DNA of 64,000 nt from assembly GCA_963793425.1 (NCBI GenBank), contig CAWCAG010000005.1, forward strand, positions 2,016,001-2,080,000, written 5' to 3'. The notes under the pieces were generated by a model. The model was not told the origin of the DNA and ran no database searches. It saw only the letters and a list, made by a program, of their open reading frames with translations. Shown here piece by piece: positions 27,446 through 37,420 of the stretch. A program made the position numbers and the translations under genes. This stretch comes from an uncultured cyanobacterium (GTDB lineage: Bacteria; Cyanobacteriota; Cyanobacteriia; Cyanobacteriales; CAWCAG01). The number at the start of each line of letters is the position of its first letter. Position 1 is the first letter of the stretch.

Positions 27446-28915
27446 ATGACTGTTCGAGTTCGCATTGCCCCAAGCCCCACTGGAAACCTCCATATTGGTA
27501 CAGCCAGGACAGCATTATTTAACTGGCTATTTGCCCGCCATCAAGGTGGTAAGTTTGTTTTACGCATCGAAGATACTGATCAATCGCGATCGCGCCCTGA
27601 ATATACAGAAAATATCCTTGAGGGCTTAACTTGGTTGGGGCTAGATTGGGATGAAGGGCCTTTTTTCCAATCTCAACGTCTGGAACTATATCAAACAGCA
27701 ATTCAAACCCTGATTGATCAGGATTTAGCTTATCATTGTTACTGCACAGAAGCAGAACTTAATCAACTTCGGGAAGAACAAAAAGCCAAAAAACAAGCTC
27801 CCCGCTACGACAATCGTCACCGCAATTTAACCACCGAAGAAAAAGCCGCTTTTGAAGCAGAAGGTCGTCGTCCGGTGATCCGTTTTAAAATTGATGATGA
27901 TCAGAAAATTGTTTGGCAAGATCAAATTAGAGACCAAGTTACCTGGAGAGGTAGCGACTTAGGCGGGGATATGGTTATTGCCCGTACCTCAGATCAAGCA
28001 GATTTTGGTCAGCCTTTATATAACCTGGCGGTGGTGGTAGATGATGTGGATATGGGCATTACTCATGTTGTTCGAGGCGAAGATCATATTGCTAACACTG
28101 CCAAACAAATTTTACTCTACGAAGCGATAGGGGCAGAAGTCCCGGAATTTGCCCATACTCCTTTGATTTTGAATCCAGAAGGGAAAAAACTTTCTAAAAG
28201 AGATGGAGTTACATCTATTGATGATTTTAAAAAGATGGGCTTTTTACCAGAAGCCTTAGCTAATTATATGACTTTGTTAGGTTGGACTCCTCCGGATGCC
28301 ACAGAAGAGATTTTTACTATTTCTCAAGCCGCAGAAACATTTAGTTTAGATAGGGTTAATAAAGCCGGGGCTAAGTTTGATTGGGATAAGTTAGATTGGT
28401 TAAATTCTCAATATCTCCACCAAATTCCTGGGGAAGAATTAGTTGATTTATTAATTCCCTATTGGCAAGCAGCAGGGTATGAATTTGATGCAGATAAGGA
28501 ACGTTCTTGGTTAGTACAACTTGCGACCTTAATTGCTCCTAGTTTAACTCGTTTAACCGATGCGGCCGAAGAAAGTCGTCAAATTTTTAATCCTGCTTTC
28601 TCTTTAAAAGAAGAGGCGATCGCTCAATTACAAAAAGAAGGGGCAACCGAAGCAGTAAAAGCGATTAAAACCGCTTTAGAAGCAAGCAAAGAAGAGTTAA
28701 CCGAAGCTGATGCGAAACAACTAATTAAACAAGTAACTAAAGAACAGAAAATCAAAAAGGGCCTACTCATGCGTTCCTTACGGGCAGCCCTATTAGGTGA
28801 ACTCCAAGGCCCCGATTTGATGCAATCGTGGCTATTACTTAATCAAAAAGGCTTGGATAAGGAACGTTTGTCAATGATGTCTACGACAACGGCAAAGCCG
28901 AACAATGATGCCTAA
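27446..28915 (+). CDS. gltX: Glutamate--tRNA ligase
   Basis: [30 protein letters not shown]. Confidence 0.98.
   Translation: MTVRVRIAPSPTGNLHIGTARTALFNWLFARHQGGKFVLRIEDTDQSRSRPEYTENILEGLTWLGLDWDEGPFFQSQRLELYQTAIQTLIDQDLAYHCYCTEAELNQLREEQKAKKQAPRYDNRHRNLTTEEKAAFEAEGRRPVIRFKIDDDQKIVWQDQIRDQVTWRGSDLGGDMVIARTSDQADFGQPLYNLAVVVDDVDMGITHVVRGEDHIANTAKQILLYEAIGAEVPEFAHTPLILNPEGKKLSKRDGVTSIDDFKKMGFLPEALANYMTLLGWTPPDATEEIFTISQAAETFSLDRVNKAGAKFDWDKLDWLNSQYLHQIPGEELVDLLIPYWQAAGYEFDADKERSWLVQLATLIAPSLTRLTDAAEESRQIFNPAFSLKEEAIAQLQKEGATEAVKAIKTALEASKEELTEADAKQLIKQVTKEQKIKKGLLMRSLRAALLGELQGPDLMQSWLLLNQKGLDKERLSMMSTTTAKPNNDA
28871..28907. repeat. Small dispersed repeat B, copy 1, inside the gltX 3' end
   Basis: tcaatgatgtctacgacaacggcaaagccgaacaatg; reverse complement matches 35737-35773 at 36/37. 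Confidence 0.88.
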
Positions 28916-28945
28916 CGGAAACGGTAAAACCTTACAATTATTCGT

Positions 28946-29005
28946 GTAGGGGCGACCCGTTTCCTTTAATATTATTAACAAACCAGAGTTTAAATTGGGT
29001 CGCCC
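28946..29005. repeat. REP-like inverted repeat GTAG-GGGCGACCC...GGGTCGCCC
   Basis: GTAG tetranucleotide plus 9-bp arms around an AT-rich spacer; half copy near 59183. Confidence 0.65.
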
Positions 29006-29007
29006 AT

Positions 29008-29053
29008 CAACTAGCAACTAGCAACTAGCAACTAGCAACTAGCAATTAGCAAT
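29008..29053. repeat. Heptamer tandem repeat (CAACTAG)x5 plus variants, overlapping the def stop
   Basis: Read directly. Confidence 0.92.
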
Positions 29054-29566
29054 TTTCCCATACTCCTGTTCAGTAAACATATCTTGAGTACTTTCTAAGC
29101 GATCTACAAAAAGTATGCCGTTGAGATGATCTAATTCGTGTTGAAAAATGCGGGCGACAAAACCTTCTAACTCCAGACGCTGTAAAATTCCTTCTTGGTT
29201 GGTATACTCTACTTCAATAGCTTGATATCGAGGAACCAAGCCGCGAATACCAGGTATACTTAAACAACCTTCCCAATCCTTGACCATTTCAGTAGAATGG
29301 CTCAGTACTTTGGGGTTAATCATGGCTGTAGGTTCCATTTCTGGGGCCTGGGGATAGCGAGGGTTGGGGTGAGAAGCAACAATAAATAAGCGGTAAGGTT
29401 GGCAGATTTGAGGGGCAGCAATACCAACACCATTAGTCAAAGCAGCCTTAGCAATAAGATCATCAATGAGGTTGTGGATTTCTTCCCTTTGAGGATCTTC
29501 GACTTGATTCGCTATTCGGCGTAAAAGAGGATTGCCCAACTGAGCAATTTTAGGAAGTTCAGCCAT
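29039..29566 (-). CDS. def: Peptide deformylase
   Basis: GVGIAAPQ, EGCLS, QHELDHL. Confidence 0.96.
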   Translation of the reverse strand: MAELPKIAQLGNPLLRRIANQVEDPQREEIHNLIDDLIAKAALTNGVGIAAPQICQPYRLFIVASHPNPRYPQAPEMEPTAMINPKVLSHSTEMVKDWEGCLSIPGIRGLVPRYQAIEVEYTNQEGILQRLELEGFVARIFQHELDHLNGILFVDRLESTQDMFTEQEYGKIANC

Positions 29567-29648
29567 GAGAAAACAATTTGTCTATCAATTAAGAACTATT
29601 TTTATTGTGGCTTAATTGTTTAGTTTCGCCCATCGTTAAGCAAAAACC

Positions 29649-31010
29649 GTGAATATAGCCCCGGAAAAGCTTTGGAGGCAAGTATTAAAACGCCTTCAGC
29701 AACAGCTAAGTCAACCAACTTTTGATACTTGGATTAAACCGACTCAGATTCAAGAGTTAGATGATAACCATGCCGTTATTGCTACCCCTAATCCTTTTGC
29801 TCGTAATTGGTTACAAAAACATTACATTAATACTATTGCTGAGGTGATAGAAGATATCCTCGGCCATCCTGTAGAAATTAAACTTGTTGCCGCCAAAGGA
29901 GATAATGTTTATGCCGGGGTTAAAAAGGATATTGCTTGGTCGATGCCTGTTACCAATGGTAAAAAGGAGGGTAATCGCGGCCAAAAAACGACTGAGTTAA
30001 ACCCAAAATATGTCTTTTCTCGCTTTGTGGTGGGGGCAAATAATCGTATGGCCCATGCGGCTTCCCTTGCGGTGGCAGAAGCCCCTGGCAGGGAATTTAA
30101 CCCCTTGTTTCTGTGCGGAGGGGTTGGTTTAGGTAAGACCCATTTAATGCAGGCTATTGGGCATTATCGCTTGGATATCCATCAGGAGGCTAAAGTTTTT
30201 TATGTTTCTACAGAACAGTTTACTAATGATTTAATTGCTGCTATTCGCCAAGATAGTATGGAAAGTTTCCGCGAACATTATCGCGCAGCGGATGTATTGT
30301 TGGTGGATGATATTCAGTTTATTGAAGGGAAAGAATATACTCAAGAAGAATTTTTCCACACTTTTAATACCCTCCACGAGTCAGGAAAACAAGTTGTAAT
30401 CGCTTCAGATCGTCCTCCCAATCTGATTCCCAGTTTACAAGAAAGATTATGTTCTCGTTTTTCCATGGGCTTAATTGCGGATATTCAAGCACCAGATTTT
30501 GAAACTAGGGTAGCAATTCTGCAAAAAAAGGCAGAATATGAACGGATGCGTTTACCCAGGGAAGTAATTGAATATATTGCCAACAATTTTACTTCTAATA
30601 TTCGCCAGTTAGAAGGGGCTTTAATTCGGGCAGTGGCTTATATTTCCATTTCTGGCTTACCGATGCAGGTAGAAAATATTGCCCACATTTTAAATCCTCC
30701 TGTAGAAAAGGTGGTTGTCTCCCCAGAAGCAATTTTACATACCGTCGCTGATACTATGAATATTCCGGTTGAAGATTTAAAAGGTGTTTCCCGCCGTCGA
30801 GAAATTAGTACCGCCAGACAAATCGCTATGTATTTAATGCGACAACATACAGATTTAAGTTTGCCTAGAATTGGTGAAGAGTTTGGGGGGAAAGACCACA
30901 CTACGGTTATGTATAGTTGTGAAAAAATCACTCAACTACAGAAGAAAGATGCTAACTTAAATAGAACTCTACGACAGTTAAGCGATCGCCTCAATTTATC
31001 TGGACAATAA
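29649..31010 (+). CDS. dnaA: Chromosomal replication initiator
   Basis: [43 protein letters not shown]. Confidence 0.98.
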   Translation: MNIAPEKLWRQVLKRLQQQLSQPTFDTWIKPTQIQELDDNHAVIATPNPFARNWLQKHYINTIAEVIEDILGHPVEIKLVAAKGDNVYAGVKKDIAWSMPVTNGKKEGNRGQKTTELNPKYVFSRFVVGANNRMAHAASLAVAEAPGREFNPLFLCGGVGLGKTHLMQAIGHYRLDIHQEAKVFYVSTEQFTNDLIAAIRQDSMESFREHYRAADVLLVDDIQFIEGKEYTQEEFFHTFNTLHESGKQVVIASDRPPNLIPSLQERLCSRFSMGLIADIQAPDFETRVAILQKKAEYERMRLPREVIEYIANNFTSNIRQLEGALIRAVAYISISGLPMQVENIAHILNPPVEKVVVSPEAILHTVADTMNIPVEDLKGVSRRREISTARQIAMYLMRQHTDLSLPRIGEEFGGKDHTTVMYSCEKITQLQKKDANLNRTLRQLSDRLNLSGQ

Positions 31011-31042
31011 TTGCTTAGATTAAGCTCTAAGTATAAATACCC

Positions 31043-31081
31043 TGTGGAAAAATAAAGGCGTTTTTCCACAGTTTTTCCACA
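31043..31081. promoter_or_regulatory. Three cyanobacterial-type DnaA boxes (TTTTCCACA)
   Basis: TGTGGAAAA 31043-31051, TTTTCCACA 31062-31070 and 31073-31081; the first two also form a hairpin followed by a T-run. Confidence 0.75.
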
Positions 31082-31082
31082 G

Positions 31083-31926
31083 CTATTGTTTTAATAGCTG
31101 CTTCTGTTTGCGTTTCACTATTGCAATACCAAAAGCACTTAAGGATAATAAGCCTAGCAAAGAATTTGGTTCAGGTACATCAGTAGGTTTTGTTGAAGGG
31201 ACTGTAGTAGCTAGTGATGCAGCACCAGCAATACCACCAGTGCCACCTGTCACTAACTTATCAAAAGTACCTACTCCTGTGTTTAAATCAATAATAATCT
31301 GTTGTCGGTTGAATGTATAACCGTACAAAGTGCCAGCTTCAAAAAACAAACCTAAGACATCCTTGAAGCCAATATTGCCAATTTGGGTAGCAGTCCCATC
31401 TAAAGCAATAGAGAATAAAGTGCTATCATTAGTTGTTTCAGAAGTAGCTAGAAATTGACCACTTGAAGGATTGAAAACTATATCCCCACTACTCAAGAAA
31501 CCGGGAATGTTGCTAATAGTTGTAGCTAATGGGTCAGGAGGTGTAGTATTAATTTGGAAGAATTTGTTGCTATTGGAAGAAGCACTATAAAGTACATCAG
31601 CTTTTGTAAAACCCAAAGCATTGACTGAAGAATTTACCTAGCCTGCCAATCAGAGTAGATTGACCTACATCATCTATCTTGTATAAGTTAGAAAAGGTAA
31701 CTCCAAAAAGATTACTTTTACTATCTAAGGCAATATCAGTAAACCATCTGCTATCGTTATTAGCTAATGGTGTAAAAACACCTGTTGCGGTGTTAATAGT
31801 TCCTACTTGTCCTGTCCTGGTAGAAAGGAAAGATATAGCCTGGGCAGAAGAAAAAGCAGACATACCGATCAGTATACTGAATGCGGTTATAGAGGAATTA
31901 AGCAAGAGAGAAACTGTTTTGTTCAT
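31083..31926 (-). pseudogene. PEP-CTERM surface protein with one frameshift near 31634 (pseudogene or sequence error)
   Basis: Signal peptide ending SSAQA, beta-rich body, VPEPNSLLGLL-TM-KRK tail; removing one A from ggtAAAttcttca joins the two ORFs (LGNSSVNALGF). Confidence 0.8.
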
Positions 31927-32093
31927 TATTTTTAAACTAAAAAGATTCATAGAATATTTATAACATTTACTTTTGTATTTATACACTTCTTTATGAATTT
32001 TTAAAATGTTTTGAAAACGTCTTTAAGTACAAGACTTACATTTAAACATTTTGTGAGATGATGCCAATGAATTGATTGATATGGGAGTTAAAT

Positions 32094-32874
32094 ATGTCTA
32101 AAACAGTTTTAATCACTGGCGCATCTAGCGGCATTGGTTACGAACTTAGTCACTTATTTGCTAAAGATAGTTATGATTTGGTTTTAGTAGCGAGAAGTGA
32201 AAATAAGCTGCAAGATTTAGCAGCAAAATTGCAAAATAAATTTGATATTAAAGTTGAAGTAGTTGTTCAAGATTTAGCTATTAATTCTGCCCCAACAAAC
32301 ATTTTTTCAGAACTACAAGAAAAAAATATTACTATTGATATCTTGGTTAATAATGCTGGTTTTGCCACCTATGGATTATTCTTACGAAACTAACTTGCAA
32401 ACAGAATTAGATATGATGCAACTTAACATGGTTGCTTTAACTCATTTAACTAAGTTATTTTTGCCTGGTATGGTGCAACGCAGACAAGGAAAAATCCTTA
32501 ACATTGCTTCTACTGCTGCTTTTCAACCTGGTCCTTTAATGGCAGTTTATTATGCAACAAAAGCTTATGTTTTATCATTTTCTGAGGCGATCGCTAATGA
32601 ATTAATTGGTACAGGGGTAACGGTTACAGTCCTTTGTCCGGGGCCAACAAAATCAGGTTTTCAAGCTAGGGCTGATGTGGAAAAATCGAAATTATTTAGG
32701 GGTTCAAATATGATGGATACCCAAACTGTAGCTGAGATTGGTTATGCTGGTTTAATGAATAGAAAAACCATCATTGTTACTGGTTTTCAGAATAAGTTTA
32801 TCGCCGCATTTATTAAGTTTTTGCCTAGAAAATTAGTCACAAAAATAGTCTGCAATGTCCAGAAAGAAGTTTGA
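32094..32874 (+). pseudogene. Short-chain dehydrogenase/reductase (DltE-like) with frameshift near 32382
   Basis: TGASSGIG and NNAGF in the first ORF; YYATK and LCPGPT in the second; one extra base joins them. Confidence 0.85.
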
Positions 32875-32972
32875 TTATAGCAATAAAAAGCTAACTGCTA
32901 AAGGGATTTGAGAAATTGCGATCGCACTTGTAACAAAATTGAGCATTATACTAAAAGCTTAAACTAGTTGGA

Positions 32973-34583
32973 GTGCGTTGCATGAGTTTAGAGGCTACAG
33001 TTGCCGAGGCTAGCATTGAACAAAGCCTAGAACAGTTCTTAATTGTTTTATCCTTATCCTTAAGCGTAGCCACAGTATCCCGTATCTTTAGTTGGTTTCG
33101 CAAAATTCCCTATACCTTACTTTTGGTAATTGTAGGATTAGCCCTGGCTTTTATTGATGTTCGTCTGGTTAATCTCTCTCCGGAACTAATTTTAGAAATA
33201 TTTCTGCCTCCCTTACTTTTTGAAGCAGCTTGGAACATTCGTTGGCGAGAGTTACGAGAGAATCTGTTTCCGGTGACTCTATTTGCCACCATGGGAGTTT
33301 TGATTTCGGTATTGGGGGTTGCTTTTGCTTTAAGCTATTTTACAGACCTTTCTTTAACCACTTCCCTGTTAGTTGGGGCAAGTTTATCAGCAACAGATCC
33401 GGTTTCTGTGGTGGCTTTATTTCGGGAATTGGGGGCAGGTAAGCGGTTAACCATTTTAATGGAAGGGGAAAGTTTATTTAATGATGGGGTGGCGGTTGTT
33501 GCCTTTTTGCTATTGGTAGGCATCCCCTTGGGAACTCAACAATTTTCCCTTGCCAACACGATAACTAGCTTCTTTACCTTTGTTGGCATTGGTATTGGCA
33601 TTGGTTGTTTAGTTGGTTTTGGCATCTCCTACCTAACTCAACGCTTTGATTTGCCTTTAGTAGAACAATCTTTAACCCTGGTTTCTGCCTATGGAACTTA
33701 TTTAATCGCAGAAAAGTTAGGGGGTTCTGGTGTAATTGGTGTGGTAACTGTAGGATTGATTTTGGGTAACTTCGGTTCCCGCATCGGTATGAATCCTCGT
33801 ACTCGCCTCTTGGTTTCTGAGTTTTGGGACTTCCTCGCTTTCTTTGTCAACTCCATCGTCTTTCTCCTCATCGGCGATCAAATCAACTTTTCTAGCTTGG
33901 GTAGCAACATTGATTTAATTTTGGTGGCGATCGCAGCAGTATTAGTAACCAGGGGGATAACTATTTTCGGCTTAGGAGGTTTAACTAATTGGTTAGCTAA
34001 AACCGAAATTGGTTTAAGAGAACAAACTGTGCTTTGGTGGGGCGGTTTGAGGGGTTCTGTTTCTATTGCCTTGGCTTTAAGTGTACCAGTGGTTTTATCT
34101 GGTAGGCAAGAGATTATTGATACAGTTTTTGGGGTTGTTTTGTTCACCCTTTTAGTGCAAGGTTTAACCACTCAATTCTTCTTAGAAAAATTAGATTTAA
34201 TTGGTGATCAACCTTTGCGTCAACAATATTCTGAAGCGATCGCCCGTCGAGTTGCCCTTAACCGAGTTTTAGACTATTTAGCTAAGGTTAAATTAACTCC
34301 AGAAATTGACCCAGAATTCTATCGTTATCAACAAGGATTAGTGAAAGGACAATTAACAAGTGTAGAAGAAGAAATTGAAAAACTGCAAAATCTTCACCCC
34401 CAGTTAAGGCAGTTAAATATGGAACAGTTGCGAGAAAAGCTTTTAGATATTGAAGCTGATACTTATGCCGAGTTTATTCGGGCTGGCAAATTGAATACAA
34501 ATCTTTCTCCTTTGTTACAAGGAATTCTTGCTGATTCATTGGAGGAAGAGATGATTGAAAATAGGAATTTTGCTAACGGCTAA
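32973..34583 (+). CDS. Na+/H+ antiporter, CPA1/NhaP family
   Basis: FLPPLLFEAA, SATDPVSV, EGESLFNDG, GGLRGSVSIALAL. Confidence 0.93.
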   Translation: MRCMSLEATVAEASIEQSLEQFLIVLSLSLSVATVSRIFSWFRKIPYTLLLVIVGLALAFIDVRLVNLSPELILEIFLPPLLFEAAWNIRWRELRENLFPVTLFATMGVLISVLGVAFALSYFTDLSLTTSLLVGASLSATDPVSVVALFRELGAGKRLTILMEGESLFNDGVAVVAFLLLVGIPLGTQQFSLANTITSFFTFVGIGIGIGCLVGFGISYLTQRFDLPLVEQSLTLVSAYGTYLIAEKLGGSGVIGVVTVGLILGNFGSRIGMNPRTRLLVSEFWDFLAFFVNSIVFLLIGDQINFSSLGSNIDLILVAIAAVLVTRGITIFGLGGLTNWLAKTEIGLREQTVLWWGGLRGSVSIALALSVPVVLSGRQEIIDTVFGVVLFTLLVQGLTTQFFLEKLDLIGDQPLRQQYSEAIARRVALNRVLDYLAKVKLTPEIDPEFYRYQQGLVKGQLTSVEEEIEKLQNLHPQLRQLNMEQLREKLLDIEADTYAEFIRAGKLNTNLSPLLQGILADSLEEEMIENRNFANG

Positions 34584-34596
34584 TGGCTAGTTGCTA

Positions 34597-34658
34597 GTAG
34601 GGTGGGCAAAACATTGCAGATAAATTTAATCAATAAATCTATTCTCTTTTTGCCCACC
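34597..34658 (+). repeat. REP-like inverted repeat GTAG-GGTGGGCAAAA...TTTTGCCCACC
   Basis: 11-bp arms; sister element at 35871-35927 in opposite orientation. Confidence 0.75.
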
Positions 34659-34669
34659 ATGATTTTAGA

Positions 34670-35272
34670 TTGTCAGGGCGGGTTTACAGCAATTCTCAAG
34701 CTGCTGAGATACATACAGACTTTAAATTAATCAGCGATATTTATAAAGCTTTTGACCCTTTTAAAACTCTCCAACCGGGAGTTCCTGCTTATGTAGATTG
34801 TGGGGCAGTGCGAGGAGATAGTAATATTCAACAAGATTTGGGTAAAAAGATCATACGAGCCGATAATCCTACTTGTCAACTTTATGCTGGTCATCGTGGG
34901 GTTGGCAAGTAAACGGAATTAGCTCGTTTAAAGAAGTATTTAAACGAAAATAATTGTTTTGTGGTTGATTTTAGTGCAGATGAAGAAGATATAGACTCAG
35001 AAGATGCACAATATACAGATATTTTGTTGGCTTGCACTAGACATTTATTAAAAGATATTAAAAATAGTAATGCTGAACCCATTTTAGATTGGTTAAAAAG
35101 TCGCCGGGGAGAGTTGGAAGATTTAGCTTTAACTACGGTGAAATTTGATGGTTTGAGTGTTGAATCTGCGATCACAATTTTTGGTAAAATAACTGCTAAC
35201 CTCAGAGCAGTACCGACAGAAAGGGCGAAAATTCGTGAGTTGGTTAATCCTCATACGACGACAGAGAAATAG
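34670..35272 (+). pseudogene. Truncated P-loop ATPase with a nonsense codon in Walker A
   Basis: QLYAGHRGVGK*TELARLK stays in frame across TAA 34910-34912; gene breaks off near 35260. Confidence 0.8.
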
Positions 35273-35325
35273 CAGAATCTCATCATGACTTATTAGACTT
35301 ACAAACCTTAAGCAAAGAATTACCA

Positions 35326-35721
35326 TTGAGCCACGATGAGCAAGCCACATTAGCTTATAAGCAATTTCTTGTTGGAATGAAATGTGAGCAATACGAAACA
35401 GCGATTTCCTCTATAAATTCCTGGTTAGCAGCTAACCCAGATGATAGTTTCGCTTGGCATGGGAAAGGTAATGCTTTATTCAATTTAGGGAGATTAGAAG
35501 ATGCAGTAGCTTCCTACGACAAGGCAATTTCTATCAAACCTGATTATCATGCAGCCTTAAATAACCGTGGTGTTGTTTTAGAGGATTTGGGGAGAATAGA
35601 AGCAGCAATAGCTTCCTACGACAAAGCAATTGCCATTAAACCTGATTATCATGCAGCCTTAAATAACCGTCGTATCGCCTTAGACAAATTAAAACAGCAA
35701 AAGCGGAATATTGAACATTGA
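35326..35721 (+). CDS. TPR protein (probably the 3' remnant of a longer gene)
   Basis: AWHGKGNALFNLG, SYDKAISIKPDYHAALNNRG repeated; frame is open upstream to about 35248 without a good start. Confidence 0.7.
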   Translation: MSHDEQATLAYKQFLVGMKCEQYETAISSINSWLAANPDDSFAWHGKGNALFNLGRLEDAVASYDKAISIKPDYHAALNNRGVVLEDLGRIEAAIASYDKAIAIKPDYHAALNNRRIALDKLKQQKRNIEH

Positions 35722-35736
35722 ACATTAAACATTAAA

Positions 35737-35773
35737 CATTGTTCGGCTTTGCCCTTGTCGTAGACATCATTGA
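35737..35773. repeat. Small dispersed repeat B, copy 2, within AACATT(A/G) tandem repeats
   Basis: cattgttcggctttgcccttgtcgtagacatcattga. Confidence 0.88.
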
Positions 35774-35870
35774 TATTGCTTCTCACCAAATTTGGGGGAA
35801 GCTTTTCATAATCGCGATCGCTGTCTTTTTATCTTAATTCAACCCCGCATTTCAAGAATTAATCAATTCT

Positions 35871-35927
35871 GGTGGGCAAAAACAAATGAATTTTTGAAGC
35901 TAATTTAACTCACTTTGCCCACCCTAC
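35871..35927 (-). repeat. REP-like inverted repeat GGTGGGCAAA...TTTGCCCACC-CTAC
   Basis: Same arms as 34597-34658, with GTAG on the opposite strand. Confidence 0.75.
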
Positions 35928-36062
35928 CTAACATTGAACTTAATTATGCTCTACCACCAGATTGATTTCCGACGATAAAGCAACCCAAAATTAGCCAGCC
36001 AAACATAACCAACCAAGAGCGAAGCGGTTACGAAGGGTTGTAGGGAAACAGTTGTTTCCCTG

Positions 36063-36134
36063 CTGGGGGGTTTGGGGGGTCAATCCCCCAATAAAACTAA
36101 CTCTACCCACAGATTAATTAAAACAAGGATTAAC
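36063..36134. repeat. 72-bp dispersed G-rich element, copy 1
   Basis: 63/72 identical, ungapped, to 46549-46620 (hand alignment). Confidence 0.85.
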
Positions 36135-36151
36135 CAGAAATAATTAAAACT

Positions 36152-37327
36152 CTACTGATCATTGTTAACTGACAACAATTGCTCTAACTCCCCAGGCTCC
36201 TTGGCATCTTCTTCCTTTTGTGCTTCAATAGCTGGTAAACTTATCGCCGGAATCAACCCCTTTTCAATAGCATCTTTAGCCGCAGAAACTGTATCGGGAA
36301 CCAGAATTAACTCACTACCCAAAGAACTTACTTCTGTTGCTAACTTATTAATAGCTTCCTGACGACTAGCAGAAGTAGTCACATCGCGAATATAAATTGC
36401 TAAAATGCGTCCCGGATAATCTTTTACCACTTGAGTATAAATTTCTGGATCTTTCTGCCCACTATCACCAATCAAAATAAAAGATAAATCAGTATATAAT
36501 TCCAGAATTGGTTTAATCTTACTCAATTTATGACTTTCATGACCATCAGCAAAAGGATCTTCCTGAGAAAGTCCGTAATCTCTTAAAAGCAAAGGGCCGA
36601 TAGGAATCTCGTTTAACTCGATAAATTCTTGCAACAAATCAAAGAAATTCCAAGGACTACTAGAAACATAGAAAATAGGATTATTACTTTCTCCTTTCGC
36701 CCCCTTTTGTAAAGCCTGATAAAAACTAGCAACTCCTAAAAAAGGTAAGCGAGTTCGGGCATTATCAAGAAAAACCAAACGAGCCATTTGTAACCAATCA
36801 AAAGCGTGAGTTTGTAAGATGGTATCGTCAATGTCGCTAATAATGCCAAAATCAGCTTTTTCGGGAGGAATTAATACTTTGGCTACGGCAGTTACATCAG
36901 ACTGCTTTTTACTTTTTGGTTCTACTAATTCTAAATTAACTTCCTGCCAATAAGCCTCTTTTGCTAAAGGTTGCTTAAGGGGCAATTCCACCAAAAAATA
37001 ACCTTCTTCATCGGCCACTACTTCAGTTTCTTGCTCATTAAAAACAACTCTTACCTTCGCACCAGGAACTTCATCACTTTCTAAACGTTTATACATATTC
37101 AGCAAATTGTGCCAAGTTGTATCGCGATCGCTCGCTTTCGTAATGCCTTCATCTTCTAAAACTCGACCCCTAAATCGCAACAAATTTTTCGTCCCATAAC
37201 CCAAATAGGGCAAAACTTGCAGAGGATCATTAATTCCTAAACGCTTTTTTAAACGAAAACTCAACTTATCAAAATGTTGTTCCACATCATGAGCAGTATG
37301 TGCGATCGCCTGCTGCCAATCCACCAT
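36152..37327 (-). CDS. App1/DUF2183 family phosphatase
   Basis: IISDIDDT, FYVSSSPWN, GPLLLRD, LIGDSGQKDPEIY, IYIR. Confidence 0.88.
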   Translation of the reverse strand: MVDWQQAIAHTAHDVEQHFDKLSFRLKKRLGINDPLQVLPYLGYGTKNLLRFRGRVLEDEGITKASDRDTTWHNLLNMYKRLESDEVPGAKVRVVFNEQETEVVADEEGYFLVELPLKQPLAKEAYWQEVNLELVEPKSKKQSDVTAVAKVLIPPEKADFGIISDIDDTILQTHAFDWLQMARLVFLDNARTRLPFLGVASFYQALQKGAKGESNNPIFYVSSSPWNFFDLLQEFIELNEIPIGPLLLRDYGLSQEDPFADGHESHKLSKIKPILELYTDLSFILIGDSGQKDPEIYTQVVKDYPGRILAIYIRDVTTSASRQEAINKLATEVSSLGSELILVPDTVSAAKDAIEKGLIPAISLPAIEAQKEEDAKEPGELEQLLSVNNDQ

Positions 37328-37420
37328 ATCATTTATCATTTATCATTTATCATTTAACATTCAACATTTATCATATCTTTGTTATCAATCACAAATACCG
37401 ATTGCTCAACTTATTACTTA

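Noticed and set aside
34910..34912. In-frame stop as possible recoding
   Set aside because: The codon is TAA at the Walker A Ser position and the gene is also truncated; simple decay fits better.
17953..35773. 35-37-bp repeats of CRISPR-repeat length
   Set aside because: Copies are kilobases apart with no spacer periodicity and no cas genes.
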